Shown piece after piece: positions 25,185-35,854 of a DNA stretch of 64,000 nt. Both the position numbers and the translations under genes were made by a program. Position 1 is the stretch's first letter. Each line of letters opens with the position of its first letter. The DNA comes from an uncultured Methanomassiliicoccales archaeon (lineage in GTDB: Archaea > Thermoplasmatota > Thermoplasmata > Methanomassiliicoccales > UBA472), in assembly GCA_963695345.1 (NCBI GenBank), contig OY968769.1, positions 448,001 through 512,000 of the forward strand. Reading direction: 5' to 3'. A model generated the notes under the pieces. The model saw nothing but the letters and a program-made list of their open reading frames with translations. It was not told the DNA's origin and did no database searches.

Positions 25185-25350
25185 CGGAAGGATATATTCC
25201 CTCTCAGATTATATCGGTTTCCTCAGCCTATCGATTTTTGAAAATAAGCTATCGATTTTCATATCTGGATATCACTGATTTCGTTTTCCGACATCAGGTC
25301 AAAAGATATATAATAACAGCTCGGCATATAATGCCAGACGGGTTGGCCAT

Positions 25351-25704
25351 ATGGCAGAGATTGCTCAATTCAATCTAGCGGTTGAACGCCTGCTAAAGAC
25401 ACAACATGTTGTGACGGTCTTCGTTTCATCGAGGGCCGGTGTTTTTGCCTATGGCGAAACGCCAAAGATGACCGACCGGGGAGTGTACGCCGCCATCACC
25501 TCGATGATGCTGGGAGCGGCGGAACAGATGGCCAGCGAGATGGACGAGATCCTCGACTTCGTCGTGCTGAGCATGAGCGAAAGAAAGCTTGTCGTTATCG
25601 GGGCGGGGCCGAAGCATTTGCTGGGGGTCCTGACCGACATGAGCGCGGAACCTGAGAAAATGGCAAAGACGGCGAGGGCCATCATGGCCGAAGCAATGGT
25701 CTAG
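25351..25704 (+). CDS. Roadblock/LC7 (MglB-like) domain protein
   Basis: SSRAG..., AAITSMMLGAAEQM, LVVIGAG pattern; ends in TAG. Confidence 0.75.
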   Translation: MAEIAQFNLAVERLLKTQHVVTVFVSSRAGVFAYGETPKMTDRGVYAAITSMMLGAAEQMASEMDEILDFVVLSMSERKLVVIGAGPKHLLGVLTDMSAEPEKMAKTARAIMAEAMV

Positions 25705-25705
25705 G

Positions 25706-26365
25706 TCACATCCTTTTCATTCCGCGACCGATCCACTCGGAAATGGCCTTTTTACCGTATCGGATCGTTGCCGGCACATCCCTGTCGGTGCCCCCCGTGG
25801 TGGATTTCCCCGAAATGAGCGCCTTCATGACCGAATCGACATCGGTGCAGCTGTCTGGAAATACCGTGTAGGATTTTCCCACCGTTTCCGGCTCATGCGA
25901 ATCGCTTCCGCCGGTGCGCGGTCTAGCCATTTTCTCGGCGAGCTTCACCGCCCTGCGGTTTCCCCCTCTCGTGGAACGGCCGTTCTGACACTCTATGGCG
26001 TCGAATCTCTGGCCGATCACGTTCGATTCCCCCAGGCCCGACCACACCCGATAGGGGTGGGCGGCAACGGCCACTCCGCCCTGGGCGTGAATGCGGTCGA
26101 TGGTATCCGCCACGGTCAGGTCCCTCGGTATTTCCTCGGAGACATTGAATGCCAAGATGTGCCCCTCCGCCGAGGAGACCTCGATTCCGGGAATGACCAG
26201 AAGGCCGCTCTTGATCGCCAGCGCCTCCTTTCCCCCGCGCGTCGAGTTGTGGTCCAATACCACCACCCCATCCATTCCTACTCTCTTGCAGGCGTCCAGT
26301 ATGTCCTGGGCTGAGCTGCACGAATCCCCGGAATAGACGGTGTGGACATGCATGTCGATTCTCAT
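25706..26365 (-). CDS. PHP-family metal-dependent phosphoesterase
   Basis: DMHVHT, DHN, EVSS..GH, AHPY, GGSDSH. Confidence 0.88.
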   Translation of the reverse strand: MRIDMHVHTVYSGDSCSSAQDILDACKRVGMDGVVVLDHNSTRGGKEALAIKSGLLVIPGIEVSSAEGHILAFNVSEEIPRDLTVADTIDRIHAQGGVAVAAHPYRVWSGLGESNVIGQRFDAIECQNGRSTRGGNRRAVKLAEKMARPRTGGSDSHEPETVGKSYTVFPDSCTDVDSVMKALISGKSTTGGTDRDVPATIRYGKKAISEWIGRGMKRM

Positions 26366-28581
26366 TTGACCTGTGCCCCGTTCCCGATCTCACCGTCGAC
26401 CGTGATCACGACCCCCTTGGCGGTGGCCAAGGCCAGGGCCTCCTTCGCGTCGGATGACGGCAAAAGCACCACGACCTGCGCCGGAACGGCCGCCTTCTCG
26501 GGCAGCTTGACCGCCACTTTGTTGCCGATATCCACATTGCCATTCTCGACCGAACCGACCCGGATGATGAACTTCTTGAACTCATCGAAGGAGATCGACT
26601 TCTCCGAAAAGCCCATGCCTGAATCGACCGCCTCTCCCAATTCGGCGTCACCCGAAGGGGTCAGCACCAGGACCTTCCCGTCCTTCTCCGCCGCCAGCAT
26701 CATGCCGTGGGACTCCACTCCCCGAAGCTTCGCCGGTTCCAGGTTGGAGATGTAAACGACCTTCTTTCCGGTGAGCTGTTCCTTGGTGTAGTGGGCCTTA
26801 AGTCCCGCCACCAATTGAACCGGCTTTCCCGCATCCAGCTTGACCACGTATAGCTTCTCGGCGTTGGGGTGGTCTTCCACACTGATGACCTTGGCCACCC
26901 TCAGGTTGAGCTTGGTCATGGAGGCGAACGGATTCTCCACCGGTTTCTCCATGATGACCTTGGAGAACAACGGCTTCGGTTCCGCCAGCTTCGTCCCCGG
27001 CTGGAGCGGTACCTCGACCTGGGTCCAGGACCCCTGCCCCAGAGGAACGTCGTTGCCGAGCATCTTCCAGACCTTCTGGGAGCTGTTGGGCAAGTACGGC
27101 CATGCCAGTACCGCCAGGGCCTTGACGATCTCCATATTGAGGTTCAGAACCGATCCGCACTTCGCCTTGTCGCTCTTCAACAGTGCCCATGGCGCCACCG
27201 AATCGAAGAAACGGTTGCCGAACTGCGCCAGGTCCATGATCGACTTGAGCGCCCGTTTGAACTGGCAGGTGGACAGATAAAGGTCGACCTCGTCCCTCGC
27301 CAGGACAATGGCGTCGCGTACCTCCTGCCTCTCCTTCTCGGCATCCTCCGGTCTCATCTCCGGTATCTGTCCGAAGTTCTTCTGGGTGAAGGAGAGGACG
27401 CGGTGCACGTAGTTGCCGTAGGTGGCGACAAGCTCATTGTTCACCTTGGTCTCGAATTCCTCCCAGTTGAAGTCCGCGTCCCGCTGCTCCGGCATGTTTG
27501 CCCCGAGGAAGTATCGAACCACATCCGCGTCGAATTGCTTCAGGATGTCCTGGACATCGATGCCGATACCCCTGCTCTTGGAGAACTTCTCCCCCTGGAA
27601 GTTCAGGAACTCATTGGCGGGCACATCATATGGCAGGTTCAATCCTCCATAGCCCATCAGCATCGCCGGCCAGATTATGGTGTGGAAGGGGATGTTGTCC
27701 TTACCGATGAAATAGTATGATCTGACATCTGGATCCTCCCAGAACTCCCTCCAGTAGTCCGGTTTCCCGATGATCTTGGAGTACTCCTTGGAGGCGGACA
27801 GGTATCCGATGACCGCCTCGAACCAAACATAGATGACCTTCTCGTTCATGCCTGGCACTGGCACCGTCACTCCCCAGGACATGTCCCGGGTGATGGCCCG
27901 GTCCTTCAGCCCCGCCTCGAGCCAGTTCTGTGTGAACAGCTTCACGTTGGTGCGCCAATGTTCCTTTTCCTTGACCCATCGGATCAACGGCTGCTGGAAC
28001 GCCGATAGCTTGAGGAAATAGTGGTCGGTCTCCCTCAGTTCCGGGGTCGTCCCGCAAACGGTGCACCGGGGATTTCCGAGCTCGCCCGCCTCATAGGTGG
28101 CCCCGCATTTCTCACACTGGTCGCCCCGGGCGCGGTCATCCCCGCATTTCTTGCAGCGGCCCTCCACGTACCGATCGGGAAGGAACTTACCGCATTTGGG
28201 GCAATAATACTGCAGTGCGCCCTGCCGGTAGAGATAGCCGTGCTCCATCAGCTTGTTGAAGACGTCGTGGACCACATCGAAATGATTCTGCGTCGTGGTC
28301 TTTGTGAACAGGGAGAAGTTGATGCCGAGGTCTTCGATGGCCTTCTTGTTGATGCGATGGTAGCGCTCCGCCACCTCCTCCGGAGTGGTCTTCTCCTTCT
28401 CGGCCCTGACGGTGATGGGCGTTCCATGCATGTCCGAGCCGGACACCATGAGGACCTCATTTCCCTTGAGAGAGTGATATTTTGCGAATACATCAGGGGG
28501 CAGGAGGGATCCTGCCACATGTCCGAGATGAAGCGGGCTGTTGGCGTAGGGCCAAGCAACGCAGACCAGTACTTTTACCAT
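26362..28581 (-). CDS. metG: Methionine--tRNA ligase with C-terminal tRNA-binding domain
   Basis: PYAN..HLGH, Zn knuckles, IGKDNIPFH, KFSKS. Confidence 0.96.
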   Translation of the reverse strand: MVKVLVCVAWPYANSPLHLGHVAGSLLPPDVFAKYHSLKGNEVLMVSGSDMHGTPITVRAEKEKTTPEEVAERYHRINKKAIEDLGINFSLFTKTTTQNHFDVVHDVFNKLMEHGYLYRQGALQYYCPKCGKFLPDRYVEGRCKKCGDDRARGDQCEKCGATYEAGELGNPRCTVCGTTPELRETDHYFLKLSAFQQPLIRWVKEKEHWRTNVKLFTQNWLEAGLKDRAITRDMSWGVTVPVPGMNEKVIYVWFEAVIGYLSASKEYSKIIGKPDYWREFWEDPDVRSYYFIGKDNIPFHTIIWPAMLMGYGGLNLPYDVPANEFLNFQGEKFSKSRGIGIDVQDILKQFDADVVRYFLGANMPEQRDADFNWEEFETKVNNELVATYGNYVHRVLSFTQKNFGQIPEMRPEDAEKERQEVRDAIVLARDEVDLYLSTCQFKRALKSIMDLAQFGNRFFDSVAPWALLKSDKAKCGSVLNLNMEIVKALAVLAWPYLPNSSQKVWKMLGNDVPLGQGSWTQVEVPLQPGTKLAEPKPLFSKVIMEKPVENPFASMTKLNLRVAKVISVEDHPNAEKLYVVKLDAGKPVQLVAGLKAHYTKEQLTGKKVVYISNLEPAKLRGVESHGMMLAAEKDGKVLVLTPSGDAELGEAVDSGMGFSEKSISFDEFKKFIIRVGSVENGNVDIGNKVAVKLPEKAAVPAQVVVLLPSSDAKEALALATAKGVVITVDGEIGNGAQVK

Positions 28582-28791
28582 AATATCGAGGGTCAGAATG
28601 TCAGAACATCGATTTAAGCGTTCAGTGGGCCAGTTTGGGATTGGACGGTCCAAGTTTTCTCCCAAGAGGGAAAATGATGGCGGGCACTGCTCTATGAACT
28701 CCGGCTCTGGACGCACGACCTTCTCATCCCTTCCCGCCAACCACCGCTGTGATGGACAGCTTTTTATCAAGGTTCCATATTGCTGAGTACC

Positions 28792-30579
28792 ATGCGCATA
28801 GCTGCCGTCCTGAAGGACCGTTGCCAGACCAAGAAGTGCAATACCGAGTGCATCAAGTATTGCCCCAAGGTCAGGACCGGGGTCCAGGCAATCTGGCTCA
28901 ACGATTCATCCAAGGCCGAGATATCGGAGGAGCTGTGCGTTGGCTGCGGAATATGCGTTCACAAATGCCCTTTCACCGCCATCAAGATCATCGGTCTGCC
29001 GGACGAACTGAAGGAGGACATGGTGCACCAGTACGGGGAGAACGCCTTCCGGCTCTACCGGTTGCCCACCCCCAAGACCGGACAGGTTACTGGTATCCTT
29101 GGTCCGAACGGAATCGGCAAATCCACATCATTCAAGCTGCTTTCCGGCGAGATCGTTCCCAATCTCGGCCGCTTCGATAACCCTCCATCTAAGGAAGAAG
29201 TGCTGGCCCATTTTGCGGGGACCGAACTGCATGACTATCTGGTCAAGGTCTACACCAAGGGTTTCAAGACATCGATGAAACCGCAGTATGTGGACAAACT
29301 GCCCTCGGTGGTCAAAGGACCGGTGCGCGACCTTCTTTCCAAGGTCCAGGAAAGAATGAAACTGGACGAGGCGGTCAAGCTTCTGGAGCTGGAAGAGGCG
29401 ATAACCCGCAATATGACCGAACTATCCGGCGGTGAGCTTCAGCGCGTGGCCATCGCCGCCACCATCATGAAGGACTCGGACATCTATTTCTTCGACGAAC
29501 CATCGTCCTATCTGGACATCTACCAGAGGATGAAGGTGGCGAGGATCATCGAGAAGCTGGCCGAGGAGAAGATGGTGATCGTCATCGAGCACGATCTGGC
29601 CATACTCGACTTCCTGGCGGACAATGTCTATCTGGTCTTCGGCTCCGAGGGGGCCTACGGCATATTCGCTCAGCCGCGTCAGGTCCGCTCCGCGATCAAC
29701 GTCTATCTGGACGGGTACGCGAAAGAGGAGAACATCCGGTTCCGGGACACCCCGATCCGGTTCGAATCGCACCCGCCCCGCGAATCCTTCCAGTCCATGA
29801 ATCTCCTGGAATATCCTGGGCTGGAGATGGCCTACCCCACGTTCAAGCTCAAGGTGGACCCTGGCTCCATCAAGGTGGGAGAGACCGTGGGCATCGTCGG
29901 TCCCAATGGCATAGGAAAGACGACTTTCGTGAAAATGCTGGCCGGAGTGGCCGAACCGACCTCCGGGAAGGTGGAGCAACAGGTGAAGGTGAGCTATAAG
30001 CCGCAGTACATCTCCCCGGACTTCGACGGATCGGTCTCGGACCTGTTCAACACCTACGTCAAGGACTTCTTCGAGTCCGGGTTCTTCCAGACCGAGATCC
30101 AGCACCCGCTGACGCTGAAGCCGTTGCTGGAGAAGAACGTCAAGAACCTCTCCGGAGGTGAGCTCCAGAGGACGGCCATCGCACTGTGCCTGGCACGAGA
30201 GGCGGACATCTACCTGCTGGACGAACCCTCGGCCTACCTGGATTCCAACCAGAGGATGGAGGCGGCCAAGACCATCCGCCGGGTCATGGAGAAGAAGGGC
30301 CGGTCAGCGATGGTCGTTGACCATGACATATATTTCCTGGACATGGTGTCCGATTCGATGATGGTGTTCGACGGCGTCCCCGGACAGAGCGGCCACGGAA
30401 AGGGGCCTTTCGACATGCGCGGGGGCATGAACATGTTCCTCCAGCAGGTGGATGTGACGTTCCGGCGCGACAATGACACGAACCGTCCCAGGATCAATAA
30501 ACCTGGTTCCAGGCTGGATAGGGAGCAGAAGTCTGCCGGGGAGTACTATTACTTCAAGGAACTGCAGAAAAAGGATTGA
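28792..30579 (+). CDS. rli: Ribosome recycling ATPase ABCE1/RLI
   Basis: N-terminal FeS Cys, two GPNGIGK Walker A, LSGGELQR twice. Confidence 0.96.
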   Translation: MRIAAVLKDRCQTKKCNTECIKYCPKVRTGVQAIWLNDSSKAEISEELCVGCGICVHKCPFTAIKIIGLPDELKEDMVHQYGENAFRLYRLPTPKTGQVTGILGPNGIGKSTSFKLLSGEIVPNLGRFDNPPSKEEVLAHFAGTELHDYLVKVYTKGFKTSMKPQYVDKLPSVVKGPVRDLLSKVQERMKLDEAVKLLELEEAITRNMTELSGGELQRVAIAATIMKDSDIYFFDEPSSYLDIYQRMKVARIIEKLAEEKMVIVIEHDLAILDFLADNVYLVFGSEGAYGIFAQPRQVRSAINVYLDGYAKEENIRFRDTPIRFESHPPRESFQSMNLLEYPGLEMAYPTFKLKVDPGSIKVGETVGIVGPNGIGKTTFVKMLAGVAEPTSGKVEQQVKVSYKPQYISPDFDGSVSDLFNTYVKDFFESGFFQTEIQHPLTLKPLLEKNVKNLSGGELQRTAIALCLAREADIYLLDEPSAYLDSNQRMEAAKTIRRVMEKKGRSAMVVDHDIYFLDMVSDSMMVFDGVPGQSGHGKGPFDMRGGMNMFLQQVDVTFRRDNDTNRPRINKPGSRLDREQKSAGEYYYFKELQKKD

Positions 30580-30606
30580 ACAGGGCCGGAGATATATCCG
30601 ACCGCC

Positions 30607-31245
30607 TCAGTCGACCTTGCAGTATTCTTCCCTGGCTTTCAGCCTCTTTCTCCTGCGTAGGTACCACCATGCCACCAAGACCCCGAAGGCGACCACGATA
30701 AGGATGTCCGCCTGCCTGAACCAGACCTCTAAGGTATCCCAGTTCTCGCCCAGAGCGTAACCGACATACGCCAATGCCAGGCACCAGATGGCCGACCCCA
30801 ATGTCGTCAGGATGACGAACTTCTTGAAATCCATCCGGGCCATCCCGGCCGGGAGGGAGATGAAAGTGCGGACGATGGGCATGACCCTGGTCAAGAATAT
30901 CATCACGGTACCGTATTTCTTGAACCATCTCTCTGTAGCATCCAGATGGCCCTCGTTCAGGAAGATGTACTTGCCGTACTTGCATATGAATGGCCTGCCT
31001 CCCTTCATTCCCGCCCAATAGGCCAGCATTGAGCCGGCGGTGCAACCGAACGTTCCAGCCAAGCCGACGATGATCCAGTCCATCTTGCCCTCGAAGGCCA
31101 GCCATCCCCCGAAAGGAAGGATGACCTCACTGGGTATGGGTATGCACATGCTCTCCAGGGCCATGAGCAAGAATATTCCGCCATAGCCACCGAGTTCGAT
31201 GAGCTGCTTGACCAGCTCTATCCCCCATTCGATTATTCCCATCAT
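30607..31245 (-). CDS. DedA family membrane protein
   Basis: ESMCIPIPSE, RTFISLPAG. Confidence 0.88.
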   Translation of the reverse strand: MMGIIEWGIELVKQLIELGGYGGIFLLMALESMCIPIPSEVILPFGGWLAFEGKMDWIIVGLAGTFGCTAGSMLAYWAGMKGGRPFICKYGKYIFLNEGHLDATERWFKKYGTVMIFLTRVMPIVRTFISLPAGMARMDFKKFVILTTLGSAIWCLALAYVGYALGENWDTLEVWFRQADILIVVAFGVLVAWWYLRRRKRLKAREEYCKVD

Positions 31246-31363
31246 TCAGGGCAACAAAGAGGGCACGTATAAACATATGCGATTGATTTCTGAGGGACCT
31301 TTGAAGGAACGAAACACAGCAAACGATAGATATCCGTTCGTGCAATAATCGCCGGGAGAGCAT

Positions 31364-32545
31364 ATGGAAGCAGTCAAGATAGCAGACGACATCTATTGGG
31401 TGGGGGCCATCGACTGGAACTCGAGGAATTTCCATGGATATGATACGCCTCGGGGAACATCATACAATTCGTTCCTGATCCTGGACGAGCACCCGACCCT
31501 GATCGATGCCGTCAAGGCACCGTTCTTCTCCCAACTGGCCCAAAGGATCAGGTCGGTCATCGATCCGCGCAAGATCGAGTACATCATCTCCAACCACTCA
31601 GAACCGGACCACGCCTCCGGCCTCAGGATGGCGCAGGCCCTCACGGGCGGGGCCAAGGTCTTCTGCTCCAAGATGGGGAAAGAGGACCTGAGGATGAACT
31701 TCGGGGAGATGGACGTGACCGTGGTCGAGGACGGCTCTGAGATGAGCATCGGCAAGCACACCCTCAGGTTCGTCTATACACAGATGGTGCACTGGCCGGA
31801 CTCCATGATGACCTATGTCCCGGAAAAGGGGATACTGTTCTCTATGGACGCTTTCGGACAGCACTTCGCCTCGTCGAAGCGTTTCGACGATGAGGTGGAT
31901 GAGGGCGTCCTGTTCGAAGAGGCGGAGATCTACTATGCCAACATCATCATGCCTTACGGGCCTCAGGTGATAAAGGCGCTAGATAGGTTGAAGGAACTCG
32001 ACCTGAAGATACTGGCCACCGCCCATGGCATCCTATGGCGTAAGAACATCGCCAAGATAATCGATAAATACGTGGCCTACGCCAACTACCGCACCGAGCC
32101 CCGGGCCGTCGTCGTGTACGATACCATGTGGGGTTCCACTCAGATAATGGCGGAGATCATTGGAGACGCCATCGCATCAGAGGGTGTGCCAGTCAGTGTG
32201 ATGAGGATAACGGACACGCCGCGCAGCTCAATATTGAGGGAGGTAATGATGTCCCGGGCCTTGGTCCTGGGCTCGCCAACGCTCAACAACGGGATGTTCC
32301 CCAGTGTCGCGGACATCGGCACATACATCAAGGGATTGAAGCCCAAGGGCCATCTCGCCGCCATATTCAACTCATACGGATGGGGGGCGGGCACGGCCAA
32401 ACAGATGAGGGACCTGCTCAACGGGAGCGGGATGGAACTGCCTTTCGAGGACATGCAGGTTCAGTTCGTGCCGGACGAGGCGGCTAGGGCGAAATGCAAG
32501 GAGTTCGGAAAGCGGATCGCCCGGAAGATCCTGGAGAGCCCTTAG
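31364..32545 (+). CDS. fprA: Flavodiiron protein FprA
   Basis: GTSYNS, NHSEPDH, HWPD, DAFG, flavodoxin YDTMWGST; ends in TAG. Confidence 0.92.
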   Translation: MEAVKIADDIYWVGAIDWNSRNFHGYDTPRGTSYNSFLILDEHPTLIDAVKAPFFSQLAQRIRSVIDPRKIEYIISNHSEPDHASGLRMAQALTGGAKVFCSKMGKEDLRMNFGEMDVTVVEDGSEMSIGKHTLRFVYTQMVHWPDSMMTYVPEKGILFSMDAFGQHFASSKRFDDEVDEGVLFEEAEIYYANIIMPYGPQVIKALDRLKELDLKILATAHGILWRKNIAKIIDKYVAYANYRTEPRAVVVYDTMWGSTQIMAEIIGDAIASEGVPVSVMRITDTPRSSILREVMMSRALVLGSPTLNNGMFPSVADIGTYIKGLKPKGHLAAIFNSYGWGAGTAKQMRDLLNGSGMELPFEDMQVQFVPDEAARAKCKEFGKRIARKILESP

Positions 32546-32689
32546 GAAGGAACTGAACGGTTTTTCGTTCATCGGGCCGTAGAAGCCGAGCCCTGGTCGT
32601 TTACAGATGAAGTGCCGGGCAGAACTGGAACACAGGATTTGATGTCCTTCCCGAATGCTTTAAAACGCTAAACCCCCTTGAACCACGCG

Positions 32690-33613
32690 ATGCTAAGTAA
32701 GGCGGATATCCACGTCCATACCAAGTACTCGGGACTGGCGCATTACAAGTTCCTGAAATTCCCAGAGTCAGCATCGAATCCTGAGGACGTGGTGAAGATC
32801 GCCAAGCAGGTCGGGCTTTCTGTCCTCTGCATTACCGATCACAACAGCATCGCCGGGGCGTTGAAGGCGGCCGAGTACGCCAAGGACGACCCGGAGATAG
32901 AGGTGGTCATCGGTGAAGAGGTAAGCACCAGGGACGGGGAGGTCATAGGTCTCTTCCTGACCGAGGAGATCCCGATGGACCTATCCGCCGAAGAGACCAT
33001 CCTCAGGATAAGGAAGCAGGGAGGGGTCGTGCTCGCACCGCATCCTTACTCGGGGCATGTCTCGGCCATCGGAAACCTGATTGATACGCTGGACATCGAT
33101 GGCATAGAGGTCATTAACGGCGGCCACATCGATGGCATTGCCAATAACAAGGCGCTCGAGCATTCGAAGTGCGGAAAATGGGCTTGTGTGGCCGGCAGCG
33201 ACGCGCATGCCCTTGGTCAGCTGGGATGCTGTTGCACCTTGTTCGAAGGCAAGACGGCGGCAGACCTGAGGGCGGCCATCCTCAACAAGACCACGCAACC
33301 CTTCGGGTCCAGCACCACGCTCGACCGGGGCATCAAATGGAGCATCGGAGTGGTCATCTACGCCGACAAGCTGGTGCTCAAGTCCTTCTTCGGATGGTTG
33401 AGGGAAGAGGACCCCAACGACCCGATCATCAAGGTCATAAAGAACATGGCGTTCTCCAAGAAGATCATCACCCTCTGCGGTTCGCTGCTGTATTTGACGC
33501 CTCCGATCCCTTATCTCGTGGGCATAACCTCGGAGAAGATCCTGAAGAAATGGAACCATACGGTAGATGCCAAGAACTCTGAGGCCACCAGAAAGCACAG
33601 TCCGACGAAGTAG
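32690..33613 (+). CDS. PHP-family phosphoesterase
   Basis: DIHVHT, TDHN, PHPY, GSDAH; ends in TAG. Confidence 0.85.
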   Translation: MLSKADIHVHTKYSGLAHYKFLKFPESASNPEDVVKIAKQVGLSVLCITDHNSIAGALKAAEYAKDDPEIEVVIGEEVSTRDGEVIGLFLTEEIPMDLSAEETILRIRKQGGVVLAPHPYSGHVSAIGNLIDTLDIDGIEVINGGHIDGIANNKALEHSKCGKWACVAGSDAHALGQLGCCCTLFEGKTAADLRAAILNKTTQPFGSSTTLDRGIKWSIGVVIYADKLVLKSFFGWLREEDPNDPIIKVIKNMAFSKKIITLCGSLLYLTPPIPYLVGITSEKILKKWNHTVDAKNSEATRKHSPTK

Positions 33614-33745
33614 GCTTTTTCCAATAGGCCCTGAACGGGCATCGCCAGGTCATTGATCGTTTTCCTGAGGGACCGCCTGTCCCGTATCTACGCGGGAAGA
33701 TCAACAGTTAGACACACGCTCGAGTGAATCTTGGCAAACCCAATT

Positions 33746-33795
33746 CCTTAGGCGGGAGGCGCCCTTCCCCGGACCCCCTACCCTCCCGCCTGAGG
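33746..33795. terminator. 14-bp stem-loop between convergent genes
   Basis: CCTTAGGCGGGAGG / CCTCCCGCCTGAGG, one mismatch, 22-nt loop. Confidence 0.45.
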
Positions 33796-33802
33796 TCTTA
33801 TT

Positions 33803-35210
33803 CTAACCCTCCTCGTGCTGGTGGACGTGAACATGCTCCGGGTCGTGCAGGTTCCCGAATGCGTTGACCATCACCTCGCTGAGCGCAGGATGGATGGTCT
33901 GGCTCCTCGCTAGGGGAATGTAGGTGCGGTCGCCGGCGTTCATCAGGTAGACCATCGATTGGACGAGGATCGAGGCGTTCGTTCCCACCGCGGAAACTCC
34001 GATAATGTTGTATGAGCTCTGGTCGACCACGACCTTGGCGAAGGAATCCCTCTCCCCCATGGCGTATCCCTTGGCGCAGTCGTAATATTCGCTCACCCCG
34101 ACCAGCACCTTGATGCCTTTGGCCTTGGCCTCCGATTGGGTGATGCCGACAGAAGCGACCTCTGGATAACCGAAGACCGCGTGAGGGACGGCGTGCTCGT
34201 CGATCTTCATCTTGTTCTTGGCGAAGGCATTGATCCAGACTAGCTGGGCATGGTAGTTCGCGGTGTGGCGGAACATCGTTCTGCCTATTATGTCGCCCAT
34301 GGCGAATATCCCGGGAACGTTGGTCTCGAGGAACTCGTTGACGATGATGTACCGTCCCGCATCGGTCTTGATGCCGGAGGCCTCCGGTTCAAGCATATCG
34401 GCGTTGCTCTGAACGCCAGTCGTCAGCAGTATCTCGTCCGCCTCCAGTTCCATAACGGTGCCATTGTTGCGGTCCTTGATCACCACGATCTTGCCCTTCT
34501 CCCCCTTCCTGACAGAGACGACATCCTGATTAACCTTCAGGTTGAGATACTCCATCATCTTTGCCAGGACAAGATCGCTGACCTCCTCCTCTTCGCGGGG
34601 AAGGATGCGGGGATTATGGCCGACGATGGAGACCTTGGTCCCGAACGCGGAGAAGAAATGACCGAATTCGCAGGCTTTGTATCCGCCCCCGAGGATTATC
34701 ATCGATCGTGGCAGGGTCTGCAGATCGAAAATGCTCTCGGATGTCTCGAACCCGGTCTCCCTCAACCCGGGTATGTTGGGGATGAATGTCCTCACACCGA
34801 TCGCCAGGACGATCTTCGGCGCTTTGATCTGCTCCTGTCCTACCTGCAGAGTATAAGGCCCGATGAAGCGTGCGGTGGTGTGGTAGAAGTCCAGGCCCGT
34901 GTCCGCAGCCACTCCTTCTTCCATACCACGCCTGTCCCTGAGGACCAGCTCCCACATCCGCTTGCGGACCAGCTCATAAGTCGAGAGACTCGATCTTGGC
35001 ATTGATGCCGATCTCCCGGGCATGCTCTATCTGCCGGACCATCTCCGCCGGATAGGTCAGTATCTTGCTCGGAATGCAACCCCGGTTGAGACAGGTCCCC
35101 CCAAAGACCCAGTTCTCCACCAAGGCCACCTTCAGGCCAGCGTTCCTAGCCTTTGAGACCACGTTCATCCCAGCCCCGGACCCGATCACGATAAGATCAT
35201 ATTCCTTCAT
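33803..35210 (-). CDS. Pyridine nucleotide-disulfide oxidoreductase (dihydrolipoamide dehydrogenase/mycothione reductase-like), frameshift near 34985
   Basis: GSGAG, GGTCLNRGCIPSK, GGGY, IHPALSE; ends in TAG. Confidence 0.88.
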
Positions 35211-35854
35211 CAGACCGCCCATCTATTGTGTGTATAACATTAATTGATTTCCTAATTCACAGACGACCAAATCGTTGGATTGTATGTTCATGCAAAGATG
35301 GACGACATGGAAAATGCGCGTTCCATTGAGCAAGGGTGAGGACATACATCGATCACCGGGAATCGGCAAATGGATCCTAAGAACCATTCCGATTCCAGAA
35401 AAGATTGTGCAAAGGTTACCTGGCTTATGACCTTGCTTTCAAGGACTGCTTATTTATGGGAATCAAGGAACTTCCCAACATATCGTCCAAGCCCGGGACG
35501 AATCTACCGAACAGTTTCTCGGATTCCATTAAGAATCAAAAACAAAGCGCGCGAATATGGTTCGAATATGACCCTAGTTCGAAAGTACCTAGAAAGCCAG
35601 AGGAAAAAAGCCTATTGAATTTTGATTAATTTCTGTGAAAAATTGACCGATTCTTATTGTACACTTGTCTAGTATTTTTGGTACAACTATTCATTTGATG
35701 CGTGCGAAAAGCTTTTATTAGCCCTTTGTCTATCGATTTAACAATGTGCGGGACAAACATCGGATTCCAAACCGAAAACACCATGAAGAGGTGTGGCGAA
35801 TATGAATCCGATATCCCGCATGTTCCGGCCGAAGGCCGGTTGAGGTGATTCAAA

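Noticed and set aside
35370-35629. Short ORFs between the oxidoreductase and amtB
   Set aside because: No motif or RBS support; probably promoter/intergenic DNA.
35300-35850. NrpR operator upstream of amtB
   Set aside because: Only GGAA-N8-TTCC (35309-35324) and other off-spacing matches were seen, not GGAA-N6-TTCC.
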